Positions 36,799-45,549 are shown, counted from the first letter of the stretch. The stretch: DNA of 64,000 nucleotides from Candidatus Aenigmatarchaeota archaeon (GCA_018920305.1 JAHLMO010000001.1:101926-165925); one strand, 5' to 3'. The notes: generated by a model from the sequence alone, not told the origin. Numbers and translations: made by a program.

Positions 36799-37272
36799 TT
36801 AATGATTAAAGGGGTAGCTTTTGAGCTCTTTTATTTTATTAACGAAATCTTCTAAGCTAATTAACAAAAAGCTTTTATTTATTTCTTTAATAAAAATTTT
36901 TTTTGGTAAATCCTTAACATCTTTCTTAGAAAAAGAAATATATTTTTTACTTTCTCTTTCAATAGTTCCTAAATTTTCATCTCCATTTATAATAAAAAAT
37001 GGTTTAGTTCTAAATAATCCAAAACATAAAAAATCAATTAATTTATTTGATAATTCTATGAAATCATTTAAAGGAATTGAAACATATTTTTTCTTTTTAC
37101 TAGTTTTTAATTTTCCTCTTAGCTCATTATTATTAATTTTTATAATTATATCACAGCTTGGATAAAACTCACTTCTTTTTCCGCTAAGTGGAACTCTTTT
37201 AGCTTCAATTCCAAATTCTTTTAATTTATAAATAACATGATATTCAAATCTTCTTCCAACTCTATAACTCAT
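36799..37272 (-). CDS. hjc: Holliday-junction resolvase Hjc-like endonuclease.
   Basis: From the MSYRVG start, the N-terminus YRVGRRFEYHVIYKLKEFGIEAKRVPLSGKRS...CDIIIK matches the Hjc pattern (E ... S-G-S ... D). The third catalytic E-x-K block is not cleanly recognisable. Confidence 0.45.
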   Translation of the reverse strand: MSYRVGRRFEYHVIYKLKEFGIEAKRVPLSGKRSEFYPSCDIIIKINNNELRGKLKTSKKKKYVSIPLNDFIELSNKLIDFLCFGLFRTKPFFIINGDENLGTIERESKKYISFSKKDVKDLPKKIFIKEINKSFLLISLEDFVNKIKELKSYPFNH

Positions 37273-37297
37273 AATAAGTTTAAAAAGAAATATAATT

Positions 37298-37843
37298 ATG
37301 GTTGTAAAACTCAAAGATATAATGTCTACAAAGTTAATGACTATAGATGAAAATAAAACTATTGAAGAAGCAGCTAAGAAAATGAAAAAAGTTTCTTCGC
37401 TATTAGTAAAAAGAAAAGGAAAAATTTATGGAATTATTACAGATACAGATATTGTTAAAAAAGTTGTTGCAAAAGGTTTAAATCCAAAAAAAGTTAAAGT
37501 CAAAGATATAGTTAGCACACCATTAATAACTTTAGATGAAAACGAAGATGTAAGAAAAGCATCTTATATAATGACAAAAAGAGGAATTAAAAGAGTTGTT
37601 ATAACTCGAAATGGAAAAGTTGTTGGAATTGTTACTGCTACAGATATTGCAAGATATATTCCAGATTATATTGATTTATTAGAAATAGGTAAAAAATATG
37701 CTGGTGTAGAAAGACCAATATTAGAAAATTTGGAAGATGAATTATTAATTGGAGAATGTGAAGAATGCGGAAATTTAACTTCTGATTTAAAATTAGTTAA
37801 TGGTAGATGGCTTTGCGAAGATTGTAGGGAGGAATGGAAATAA
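37298..37843 (+). CDS. Tandem CBS-domain protein with a C-terminal zinc ribbon.
   Basis: Two CBS repeats (MSTKLMTIDENKTIEEAAKKM... and STPLITLDENEDVRKASYIMTKRGIKRVVI). C-terminal CEECGN...CEDC. Confidence 0.6.
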   Translation: MVVKLKDIMSTKLMTIDENKTIEEAAKKMKKVSSLLVKRKGKIYGIITDTDIVKKVVAKGLNPKKVKVKDIVSTPLITLDENEDVRKASYIMTKRGIKRVVITRNGKVVGIVTATDIARYIPDYIDLLEIGKKYAGVERPILENLEDELLIGECEECGNLTSDLKLVNGRWLCEDCREEWK

Positions 37844-38556
37844 GAGAGATATATAAGAAGAAAATTACTCCATTAAATTTAGATAATTCTTTGAAAGACG
37901 CAATACTAAAAGTTATAATCATTAATAGAAAAGTTCCTATAGTAGATAAAAACAATTTAGTAGGAGCTTTGACAGATAGCGATTTGCTAGGAATTATAGT
38001 AACTAAAAAATACGGATTAAATGAAAGATTAAAAAATATAGACTATATTTCTTTTCCAATAACAATAAATAAGAATGAAAATATAGTAGAAGCAATAAAA
38101 ACGATAAAAAAATATAATTTAGGTAGTTTAATAGTTATAAATGGAAATAATTTTCCAGAATATGTTCTGAAAGATTATGAATTATTAGATTTTATAGAAG
38201 TTGACGGAATTGCAAAAGATTTTATGACAAAAAATCCAATATGTGCAAAATTAGATAAAGAAGAAGATTTATTAAAAATGTTAGTTTTTTCAAAATTTAG
38301 AAATTTGCCAGTTATAGATAAAGAGAAAAACTATCTAGGAATTTTAAATGTAAATAAAGTTTTAAAATCTATATATCTAAATAATTTTCAAACTCCAAAA
38401 AACATAATTCAAAAAACAAAAACTTTTGATGAGTATGAAGATATTAAAGTAATAAAAAAATATTTAAAAGAAAACGAAGCAGCAATTATAACAAAAGAAA
38501 ATAAAGTAACAGGAATTATAACCCCTTACGATATTATAAAGGAATTTCGTGAATAA
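37834..38556 (+). CDS. CBS-domain protein.
   Basis: CBS-like repeats (VPIVDKNNLVGALTDSDLLG and NLPVIDKEKNYLGILNVNKVL). 8-nt overlap with the upstream CBS gene. Confidence 0.5.
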   Translation: MEIREIYKKKITPLNLDNSLKDAILKVIIINRKVPIVDKNNLVGALTDSDLLGIIVTKKYGLNERLKNIDYISFPITINKNENIVEAIKTIKKYNLGSLIVINGNNFPEYVLKDYELLDFIEVDGIAKDFMTKNPICAKLDKEEDLLKMLVFSKFRNLPVIDKEKNYLGILNVNKVLKSIYLNNFQTPKNIIQKTKTFDEYEDIKVIKKYLKENEAAIITKENKVTGIITPYDIIKEFRE

Positions 38557-39049
38557 TTTCATATATTGGACCACTAAAAGTTAAAGTACTTTTTACTAAG
38601 CAAATTTTATCTATAACAAAATTTTCCTCAAAATTAAATGAATTAACAAATTCAAAAATTTTATTTTTATTAATTACATTTTTTACTCTACATAAAGTTA
38701 AGTGTAGTGGTTTACTATCACCACCAATTTTTTTATAAATTTCTCTTCTAAGTTTTTCACCCTCTTCACTTTCAACATTAATTGCAATAACTCTAAAATA
38801 TTCTTTGCTAGGAATTAGTATAATATTTTTTAATTTTGCCTCAATTTTTCCATAATTTTTAAATTCTTTCAACTTCTCTATAATTTCGTTTAAATTGTTT
38901 ATTTCTCCTAAAAAAGTAAAAGATATATGTAAATTTTCTCTTTCAACAAATTTAGCTTTTATTGCATTCAAATTTTCTAAATCTTTTTGTATTTTAACTA
39001 TTTTGTTTTTTAGATTTTCGTTCAAAAAATATGCAATAAAAACTCTCAT
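38534..39049 (-). CDS. ligT: 2'-5' RNA ligase / 2H phosphoesterase (LigT/ThpR).
   Basis: Two H-x-T/S-x motifs (LHISFTFLG and LHLTLCRV). Start moved to MRVFIAYF, typical of the family. The track's upstream extension is hydrophobic and would overlap the next gene. Confidence 0.7.
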   Translation of the reverse strand: MRVFIAYFLNENLKNKIVKIQKDLENLNAIKAKFVERENLHISFTFLGEINNLNEIIEKLKEFKNYGKIEAKLKNIILIPSKEYFRVIAINVESEEGEKLRREIYKKIGGDSKPLHLTLCRVKNVINKNKIFEFVNSFNFEENFVIDKICLVKSTLTFSGPIYEIIHEIPL

Positions 39050-39083
39050 TAAATATTTATATATTTGATTTTTGAATAAAATT

Positions 39084-39344
39084 ATGGCTGAAAAGAGAGT
39101 TAAAGTTAACGAAATAATAGGAAAAGTAATTGTTGGGGAAAGTGGCAAAAGAATGGGAATAGTAAATAGTTTAACTTTTATAGTAGAAACAGGGGAAATA
39201 TTAAATGTCGTTGTAGAACAGCCAACAAAATATTTAGAAGAATTTAATCTAAAGAGGGATGATAATGGAAGATATTTAATACCATTTCATGCAGTAAAAA
39301 GCATTGGAGATTTTGTAATAGTAAACGAAAACGAATTAGTTTAA
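39084..39344 (+). CDS. PRC-barrel-like small protein.
   Basis: About 86 aa. Pattern GKVIVGESGKRMGIVNSLTFIVETGEILNVVV resembles PRC-barrel domains. Confidence 0.4.
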   Translation: MAEKRVKVNEIIGKVIVGESGKRMGIVNSLTFIVETGEILNVVVEQPTKYLEEFNLKRDDNGRYLIPFHAVKSIGDFVIVNENELV

Positions 39345-40324
39345 ATCCAAATTATTTCTACTTCATCCACTCTCCAATTTCTTTTAATTGAAGAATTTTC
39401 TATGTTTATAGAATATCCATGCTTATAAGCTAATAATGCATTTATTGCGATCATAACACCATTATCTGCTGCGTATTTTTGAGGCACAACCTTTAATTCT
39501 GCATTTCTATCTTTACACATTATTTCAAACATTTCCTGTAATCTTTTATTTGCAGCAACACCACCAACTAATAATACTTCATTTTTTTCTAGCATAGCCA
39601 TTGCTCTTTCACTAACTTCGACAATCATTGAAAATATAGTTTCTTGAAAGCTAAATATTATATCTTCTAAACCATATTTTCCTTCTTTAATTAATTTTTT
39701 AACATAAGTAACTATTCCGCTAAAACTCAAATTCATACCCTTTACGCTATATGGCATTTCAACATATTTCTTACCTTTTTTTGCTAATTCTTCTATTTTT
39801 GGTCCTCCTGGCATTTCAAAATTCAAAAATCTTGCAACCTCATCTATAGCATTTCCTATAGCAATATCTTCAGTTTCTCCAAGAATTCTATATCTTTTAT
39901 TTACTAATGAAATTATTTGAGTATTTCCTCCAGATAAATAAACAATTATAGGATCTTTTGAATTTGTTAACCATTTACCAATTTCTATATGGGCAACTCC
40001 ATGATTTACATCTACTAAAGGCTTATTAAAAGTAAGAGAAATATATCTAGCAAAAAAAGCACCAACTCTTAATGCGTTTGGTATTCCCATCCCTCTAGAA
40101 AATCCTATAACATCGATATCTTTTAGATCTATTTTTGCTTCATCTAAAGCTTTAAATAATAATTCATTAAATTTTTCTAAATGATGATTAAACATTTCTC
40201 TAGGTAAATAACCTTTACCTTTTTCTGTTTTTAATGTATCTCTAACATCAGCTAATATTTCTTTTTCATTAACTATACCAATTCCTAAAGTATGTGCGGT
40301 GCTTTCTATCCCTAAGGAAATCAT
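39341..40324 (-). CDS. kae1: Kae1/TsaD tRNA N6-threonylcarbamoyladenosine synthase.
   Basis: N-terminus MISLGIESTAHTLGIGIV. ASKH-fold metal-binding His pair (HGVAHIE). GGVAAN motif. 327 aa. Confidence 0.85.
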   Translation of the reverse strand: MISLGIESTAHTLGIGIVNEKEILADVRDTLKTEKGKGYLPREMFNHHLEKFNELLFKALDEAKIDLKDIDVIGFSRGMGIPNALRVGAFFARYISLTFNKPLVDVNHGVAHIEIGKWLTNSKDPIIVYLSGGNTQIISLVNKRYRILGETEDIAIGNAIDEVARFLNFEMPGGPKIEELAKKGKKYVEMPYSVKGMNLSFSGIVTYVKKLIKEGKYGLEDIIFSFQETIFSMIVEVSERAMAMLEKNEVLLVGGVAANKRLQEMFEIMCKDRNAELKVVPQKYAADNGVMIAINALLAYKHGYSINIENSSIKRNWRVDEVEIIWI

Positions 40325-40902
40325 AAAAATTGGTTTACAAAAGTTAACATAAAAAAGCGTATTTGGGGAAACATAAAAGAGAAAGGAATATTAGGACTAA
40401 TGCTAATTCAGATTTTCATAGCTTTATCTCTAGGTCTAATAGGTCCTATATATGCTCTATATTTCGAAAAATTATCTGATTATATTGGATTTTTGTTGGT
40501 ATTTTAGAACCAATTTTTGGAAATATATAGATATTAATAGGTAAGAAAAGGAGTTTTATAATCGGTTGTATAGTAACATCTTTTGCAATAATTCTATATA
40601 GCACAAATTATAGCTGCTATAGGTTATTCCTTAGAAACACCATCTTATTATTCGATAATAGCTGAATTAACAAATAAGAAAATAAGAAAAGAAGAGGTGT
40701 TGAAATTATGAAAGGTAGATAGAATTGGAAATATAATTTATGGATTATCTGCACTACTATCTGCGCATTTTTATATTATACTAATTTTGAGATTTTGTTT
40801 TTTATTTCTAGTTTTTTGTATTTACTAGCAGGAATTTTTGCAGTAAGACTAATTAAAGATATTTAAAATAAATTTATATTTAATCCTTTAATAATTTTTA
40901 AC
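40325..40902 (+). pseudogene. Decayed MFS-type transporter gene. Membrane-protein coding signal survives, broken by stops and frameshifts, with no intact ORF.
   Basis: Three-frame reading gives TM-helix-like peptides (GILGLMLIQIFIALSLGLIGPIYALYFEKLSDYIGFLLVF*, ...IAAIGYSLETPSYYSIIAELTNKKIRKEE..., ...IIYGLSALLSAHFYIILIL...) interrupted by multiple stops. The ORF track shows no ORF in 578 bp. Confidence 0.45.
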
Positions 40903-41217
40903 ATGGTAATAGATGTTGGAACAATATGTGTAAAGATTGCCGGAAGAGAGGCGTCAAGATATTGTGTAGTAGTCAAAAAAATAGATAATAATTTCGTACT
41001 AATTACTGGACCTAAGCAACTAACTGGAGTAAAGAGAAGAAAATGTAATATAATGCATTTAGAAGCATTGCCATATAAATTAGATATAAAAGAAGATGCT
41101 AGCGATAAAGAAGTTTTAGAGGCTTGGAAAAAGAGTGGATTATATAAAAAATTTAATTTAAAGTTACCATCTGAATATCAATTAAAAGAGACCGAAAATA
41201 AGAAAAAAGAAAAATAA
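40903..41217 (+). CDS. rpl14e: Ribosomal protein L14e (eL14).
   Basis: Blocks VGTICVKIAGREASRYCVVV, NFVLITGPKQLTGVKRRKCNIMHLE and ASDKEVLEA match archaeal L14e. Confidence 0.75.
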   Translation: MVIDVGTICVKIAGREASRYCVVVKKIDNNFVLITGPKQLTGVKRRKCNIMHLEALPYKLDIKEDASDKEVLEAWKKSGLYKKFNLKLPSEYQLKETENKKKEK

Positions 41218-41221
41218 GAAA

Positions 41222-42205
41222 GTGGAAAAAGTTGAATGGTTGTATAAAACCTTTGATGAAGAAACAGATGAGAGATTTGGAAAAGACCCTTCTCAAAGAA
41301 ATTTAGAAGAATTAAAAAATACTGGAATTATAAATATCGATAAGCATACTGGACCTACGAGTCATTTAATTTCTGAGTATGTTAAAAACATATTAAAAAC
41401 TAAAAAAAGTGGTCATATAGGAACTTTAGATCCAAACGCAAGCGGAGTTTTGCCTATATTGCTTGATAGAAGTACAAGATTAGCTCCGTTATTTCAAAAA
41501 TTAGATAAAGAATATATTGGAATAATGCATTTGCATAAAGATATTAGCGATGAAATTCTTATAGAATTTGTTGAAAATAAGTTTATAGGAAAAATTCAAC
41601 AACTTCCTCCGAGAAGAAGTGCTGTAGCTAGAGTTTTAAGAGGAAGATATGTTTATGAAGCAAAAGTATTAGAAAAAGATGGTAAAGATGTTTTGTTTAG
41701 AATAATTTGTGAAAGCGGTTTCTATGTTAGAAAATATGTACATGATATAGGACAAAAACTAAAAATAGGAGCTCATTTAAAAGAACTAAGAAGAGTTTCC
41801 ATAGGAAAGTATGATTTTGAAAATAATCAATATCTTAAGATTTTTGATGAAGAAAATTCTATAAGTTTATTTGAGCTTGCAAAAATTGCTGATGATGAAG
41901 ATAAATTAAAAAAAGTAATATTACCTGCAGAGTATTGTTTACCTCACATAAAAAAAGTTTTTGTAAAAGATACTGCGATTTATAATATAACTTTAGGTTC
42001 TCCATTATATGTTGCTGGTATTACAAGAGTTCAAAAGGGAATAAAAAAAGATGAGTTAGTAGCGATATTTAGCTTAAAAAATGAGTTAATAGCTTTTGGA
42101 AAATCAATGATGAGTGATGAAGAGATGATTAAAGCAAAAGAAGGAGTTGCTGTTAAAGTAGATAGAGTTTTTATAGAAAAAGGTATATATCCAAAGCTAG
42201 TCTAA
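41222..42205 (+). CDS. cbf5: Cbf5 (H/ACA snoRNP pseudouridine synthase, TruB family) with a PUA domain.
   Basis: Catalytic Asp motif GHIGTLDPNASGVLPI. C-terminal PUA (FVKDTAIYNITLGSPLYVAGI). 327 aa. Confidence 0.85.
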   Translation: MEKVEWLYKTFDEETDERFGKDPSQRNLEELKNTGIINIDKHTGPTSHLISEYVKNILKTKKSGHIGTLDPNASGVLPILLDRSTRLAPLFQKLDKEYIGIMHLHKDISDEILIEFVENKFIGKIQQLPPRRSAVARVLRGRYVYEAKVLEKDGKDVLFRIICESGFYVRKYVHDIGQKLKIGAHLKELRRVSIGKYDFENNQYLKIFDEENSISLFELAKIADDEDKLKKVILPAEYCLPHIKKVFVKDTAIYNITLGSPLYVAGITRVQKGIKKDELVAIFSLKNELIAFGKSMMSDEEMIKAKEGVAVKVDRVFIEKGIYPKLV

Positions 42206-42254
42206 AATTCTGAAATTGAGAGGTTATTTTAATAAATTATGAGTAATTTCTATT

Positions 42255-42329
42255 GGACCCGTAGCTCAGCTTGGATAGAGCGCTGGCTTGCGGAGCCAGA
42301 GGTCGCGGGTTCAAATCCCGCCGGGTCCG
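42255..42329 (+). tRNA. tRNA-Arg (anticodon GCG).
   Basis: Acceptor GGACCCG/CGGGTCC. Anticodon stem-loop CTGGC-TTGCGGA-GCCAG. T-loop GGTTCAAAT. Discriminator G. Confidence 0.85.
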
Positions 42330-42335
42330 AAAAAT

Positions 42336-42605
42336 TTAAATAATTTCTTTAACTTCTTTTTCTCCCTTTTTCAATTCTTCTTCTTGTTCTTTATCAATTT
42401 CTAATAATAGACTTAAAAATTCTCCTACATGTGTTTTTTCTTCTTTCGCTATGTCTAATAGAATTTTTTTAATTTTTTCGTTTTTTGCTTTTGAAGCTAA
42501 CTGTTCATATAAATTTATTGCGTCTAATTCTGCAATTATTCCTAATCTTAGAATTTGTTTGTCACTATCTTTTTCATCTATTTCTGTTGGTTTCTCAGAT
42601 AGCAT
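42336..42605 (-). CDS. Ferritin-like mini-protein (half di-iron site, EncFtn/rubrerythrin-like).
   Basis: 89 aa. E-x2-A-I-x2-Y (ELDAINLYEQ) then E-E-x2-H (AKEEKTHVGEF), the signature of a single ferritin-like helix pair. Acidic termini. Confidence 0.4.
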   Translation of the reverse strand: MLSEKPTEIDEKDSDKQILRLGIIAELDAINLYEQLASKAKNEKIKKILLDIAKEEKTHVGEFLSLLLEIDKEQEEELKKGEKEVKEII

Positions 42606-42654
42606 GAATTATTATAATTTTTAATAATTTAAATAAATTAATTAAATTAGCATT

Positions 42655-43059
42655 ATGAAAGTATTATTATCTCATTGTGACTTTATAGAATTTAAACCAA
42701 CAAGAAAAGAATTAAAAGATGCGGAAGATGTAGAAATTAAATTAAGTAGATACGAAGAAATTCTTGTTGCATTTACTTGCATAGAAAAAGACGATAATGA
42801 AGAAAAAACTTTAAAAATGGTAAAAGAAATAGAAAATGTAGCTAATAGAATTGGAGTTAAAAGAATCTTAATATATCCTTTTGCTCACTTAAGTAATAAT
42901 TTAGCAAATCCAAATGAAGCAAAAAAATTAATTAATATTTTGGGGGAAGAATTAAAAAAGATAAATTTTGAAGTTTATTTTGCTCCCTTTGGATGGTCTA
43001 AAGAATTGCATATAAAAATAAAAGGTCATCCTTTAGCAGAAAACTTAAGAACTCTTTAA
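42655..43059 (+). CDS. Free-standing ThrRS editing domain (ThrRS-ed, archaeal DTD-like fold).
   Basis: 134 aa, nearly collinear with the N-terminal editing domain of archaeal ThrRS (MKVLLSHCDFIEF...ILIYPFAHLSNNLANP...FAPFGWSKELHIKIKGHPLAE). Confidence 0.8.
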   Translation: MKVLLSHCDFIEFKPTRKELKDAEDVEIKLSRYEEILVAFTCIEKDDNEEKTLKMVKEIENVANRIGVKRILIYPFAHLSNNLANPNEAKKLINILGEELKKINFEVYFAPFGWSKELHIKIKGHPLAENLRTL

Positions 43060-43092
43060 ATTTTTGAGTAAAGATAATTTATTTAATATGAT

Positions 43093-43165
43093 GCCGGGGT
43101 AGCTCAGTTGGTAGAGCGTCCGGCTGTTAACCGGAAGGTCGCCGGTTCAAATCCGGCCCCCGGCG
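43093..43165 (+). tRNA. tRNA-Asn (anticodon GUU).
   Basis: Acceptor GCCGGGG/CCCCGGC. Anticodon stem-loop TCCGG-CTGTTAA-CCGGA. T-loop GGTTCAAAT. Discriminator G. Confidence 0.85.
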
Positions 43166-43257
43166 AATCAACAAACAACAATAAATATAGAAAGAATAGC
43201 CACTAAAGTTTTTGACCAAACAACACAAATTTATATAACAGTAAAAATTAATTTTTT

Positions 43258-43330
43258 ATGCCCTACCTCGCCAGCCTCTGACGAGCTATGAGTCAAGCTA
43301 GCTATGACTCGGATGCACAGGGTAGGGCAT
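43258..43330. ncRNA. GC-rich 73-nt structured element (candidate small RNA). A 10-bp closing stem ATGCCCTACC/GGTAGGGCAT encloses an internal GAGTCA/TGACTC stem.
   Basis: Read directly. Local GC far above the roughly 25% GC surroundings, with nested inverted repeats. Sits between tRNA-Asn and the 3' end of a minus-strand gene. No class assigned. Confidence 0.3.
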
Positions 43331-43342
43331 AGCGATTGTATA

Positions 43343-44317
43343 CTATATTGAAGTTAATATGTTTTTAATTATTAGATTTTTTGTTTTTTCTACAAAACTA
43401 TCTTTTATTAGATTTATATTATCGACATACGAATGATAGAACGAATAGAAAAAGTATAAATTTTTATTGTTTATAGATGTAAATAAATACGTTTTATTCT
43501 TAATTTTTTCAAAGTTTAACAAAGTAAAAGCTTCATATACAAGGTCATCATTATAAATAATAGAGCATTTATCGAATCCTATACAATCTACAACAAATAT
43601 CTTTTTTGATTTAATCAGAACATCTAAGTTTTCTTTTTCAAAGACTCTGTATCCATAACACCAATAATAAGGTTTATCGTAGGATAATTCTGTTGAGCCA
43701 GAAAGAACAATAAGAACTTCTTTTAATATTTTATCTCTCGTTTTTTTACTCAATATAATATCCAATAAGGTAGATATGGAAGTAGAATTATCTACTACTC
43801 CATTTAGTACCGTATCATAATGAGAAAAGATTAAAATCTTTGGGTTTTTAGTATTTCCTATTAAAATGTTTCCAGTTTTATATTTTTCTTTTTTGATTTT
43901 AACGTAACCTTCAATAACTTCTGCATCTAATACTTTTTTAACATCCTCTCTTCTTATATTTATTGAAGGAGAAAAGTAAAAAGTTGCCAATGAAAAATCT
44001 TTACAATATGGATTGTAAGATATGCTTGGAGTATTGAAATTTTCCTTAATAATTATATTGCTTATCAAATTTTTTTCTTCAATTTTTCCACTTACGAAAG
44101 AAGCTGGAATAGACTCTATTTCTTTACCATCTATATACAATCTACTTTTTCCATTTGGTATTGTATTTTCGAACTTTTGTATTTCGAAATATATATTATT
44201 CTCTTCTAGTATTTCAGAGATAGTTCTAATAACTTCTTTTTCTTTCTTTCCTCTTATAGGATACTGTTTAATTAAAAAATTGAGAATAGATTTCCAAGTT
44301 ACTTCTTTCATAGCCAT
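43343..44317 (-). CDS. M28/M20-like metallopeptidase-fold protein.
   Basis: Blocks ILIFSHYDTV (H-x-D) and VDNSTSISTLLDI (D-D/N-x-S-G-like), in the order expected for M28-family zinc ligands. Rest of the protein not recognisable. Confidence 0.35.
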   Translation of the reverse strand: MAMKEVTWKSILNFLIKQYPIRGKKEKEVIRTISEILEENNIYFEIQKFENTIPNGKSRLYIDGKEIESIPASFVSGKIEEKNLISNIIIKENFNTPSISYNPYCKDFSLATFYFSPSINIRREDVKKVLDAEVIEGYVKIKKEKYKTGNILIGNTKNPKILIFSHYDTVLNGVVDNSTSISTLLDIILSKKTRDKILKEVLIVLSGSTELSYDKPYYWCYGYRVFEKENLDVLIKSKKIFVVDCIGFDKCSIIYNDDLVYEAFTLLNFEKIKNKTYLFTSINNKNLYFFYSFYHSYVDNINLIKDSFVEKTKNLIIKNILTSI

Positions 44318-45549
44318 TCTTCAATAATTATATTGTCTTTCGATAAATTTTTAAATTTTATTTTTTTATTTTCGAATGCAGTTTCGAAAACTTTGATGCT
44401 AATTGTTTGTTGCAAATCTCCTATAGATAAGTTATCTATGTCTATTTGATTTAATAGTTTGTCGACATTTTCTTTAATCATATTCAAAAGTTGATGCGAA
44501 AAATATGGTTTATAAATTAATTCATAGGCATCTTTGCTTAAATTTCCTATGAGTATATTCTTTGTTCTTTGTGATAGTTTTAATAAGGTAGAATCGTTTG
44601 GATATTCGAGCTTTACAATAAAATTAGTGATGAATTTAGGATCTATTTTTAATAACCATTCAAAAAATTTATTTTCAGCATTATTTTCTCTTTCGTAAGT
44701 ATCTATCATTGTTTTACTAAATCTTAATAAACCAGTTATATACGCTGGATAATAATCGTTAGCTGAAGGTCTCCAATATAAACCTCTTATTAAAGTGTCT
44801 AAATCTTCTTTACTTTTGATTTCAATTTCCTTAACAGTTTTTTCTTCTTTATTATAGTAATAAACATATTTTGGCAATTTTTTGCTATGGCGCCATATCG
44901 TATACATGCCTAAAGAAAACAAACTAGAAACATCTATAGGCTGTATGTTGTAACTTTTCCTTATAATGCTATGATAAAACTCTGGAAGCGTAAGATTAGT
45001 TGTACTTCTTATAGTAATAAATTCATATGGCATACTAAGTGGTATTTCTGCAGCCTTTAATTTTTTTATTACAATGACTTCATCTTTTCTATTCTTATCT
45101 ACTTCTAATGTTGCAAAGATTGGATTAAATTTATTAAAATCCTCTGGATAATTTTCTATCGCACTTTTTCTAGCTTCGAGTGTTACAAAAGAATAAAGTG
45201 GAGATAGATTATTTTTGTCATTATTAACATATTTTTCTAGATGCATTGTAATAATAGTTTGAAGAGATGGTGCTATAATACAATCATGAAATCCAAAAAA
45301 ACTTGTTTGTGAATTTTCGTAATTAGTTTGTTGCTTTAGTATTTTTGATTTGAGATCTTCTAACTCTCCAATTACATTATTTATTTCGTTTTCTTCTACG
45401 TAATATATTTTTCTTAATACTTCTTGTTGTATTTTTTTCACTCTTTCTTCATATTCTTTACTCTCTACATATCTTTTAAATTCTGAAACTCTTATATTTC
45501 TATTAAAGTATAATTCATTAATTAGAACTGTTAGTGAGCTGTAAAACAA
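44308..45549 (-). CDS. Hypothetical protein (413 aa), co-operonic with the peptidase-like gene.
   Basis: Long ORF with no motif recognised. 10-nt overlap with the downstream gene. Confidence 0.3.
   Translation of the reverse strand: MFYSSLTVLINELYFNRNIRVSEFKRYVESKEYEERVKKIQQEVLRKIYYVEENEINNVIGELEDLKSKILKQQTNYENSQTSFFGFHDCIIAPSLQTIITMHLEKYVNNDKNNLSPLYSFVTLEARKSAIENYPEDFNKFNPIFATLEVDKNRKDEVIVIKKLKAAEIPLSMPYEFITIRSTTNLTLPEFYHSIIRKSYNIQPIDVSSLFSLGMYTIWRHSKKLPKYVYYYNKEEKTVKEIEIKSKEDLDTLIRGLYWRPSANDYYPAYITGLLRFSKTMIDTYERENNAENKFFEWLLKIDPKFITNFIVKLEYPNDSTLLKLSQRTKNILIGNLSKDAYELIYKPYFSHQLLNMIKENVDKLLNQIDIDNLSIGDLQQTISIKVFETAFENKKIKFKNLSKDNIIIEEWL

Noticed and set aside
36821-37165. 114-aa plus-strand ORF antisense to hjc
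   Set aside because: Antisense to the Hjc-like gene, with a hydrophobic low-complexity product.
42336-42605. Encapsulin nanocompartment system around the ferritin-like mini-protein
   Set aside because: No HK97-fold shell gene in the neighbourhood; the flanks are tRNA-Arg and ThrRS-ed. Only the stand-alone ferritin-like call is retained.
43258-43330. Hammerhead ribozyme or C/D-box sRNA assignment for the GC-rich element
   Set aside because: CUGAcGA matches the hammerhead CUGANGA box but no GAAA or stem III follows. No RUGAUGA C box or properly spaced CUGA D box is present. The class is left unassigned.
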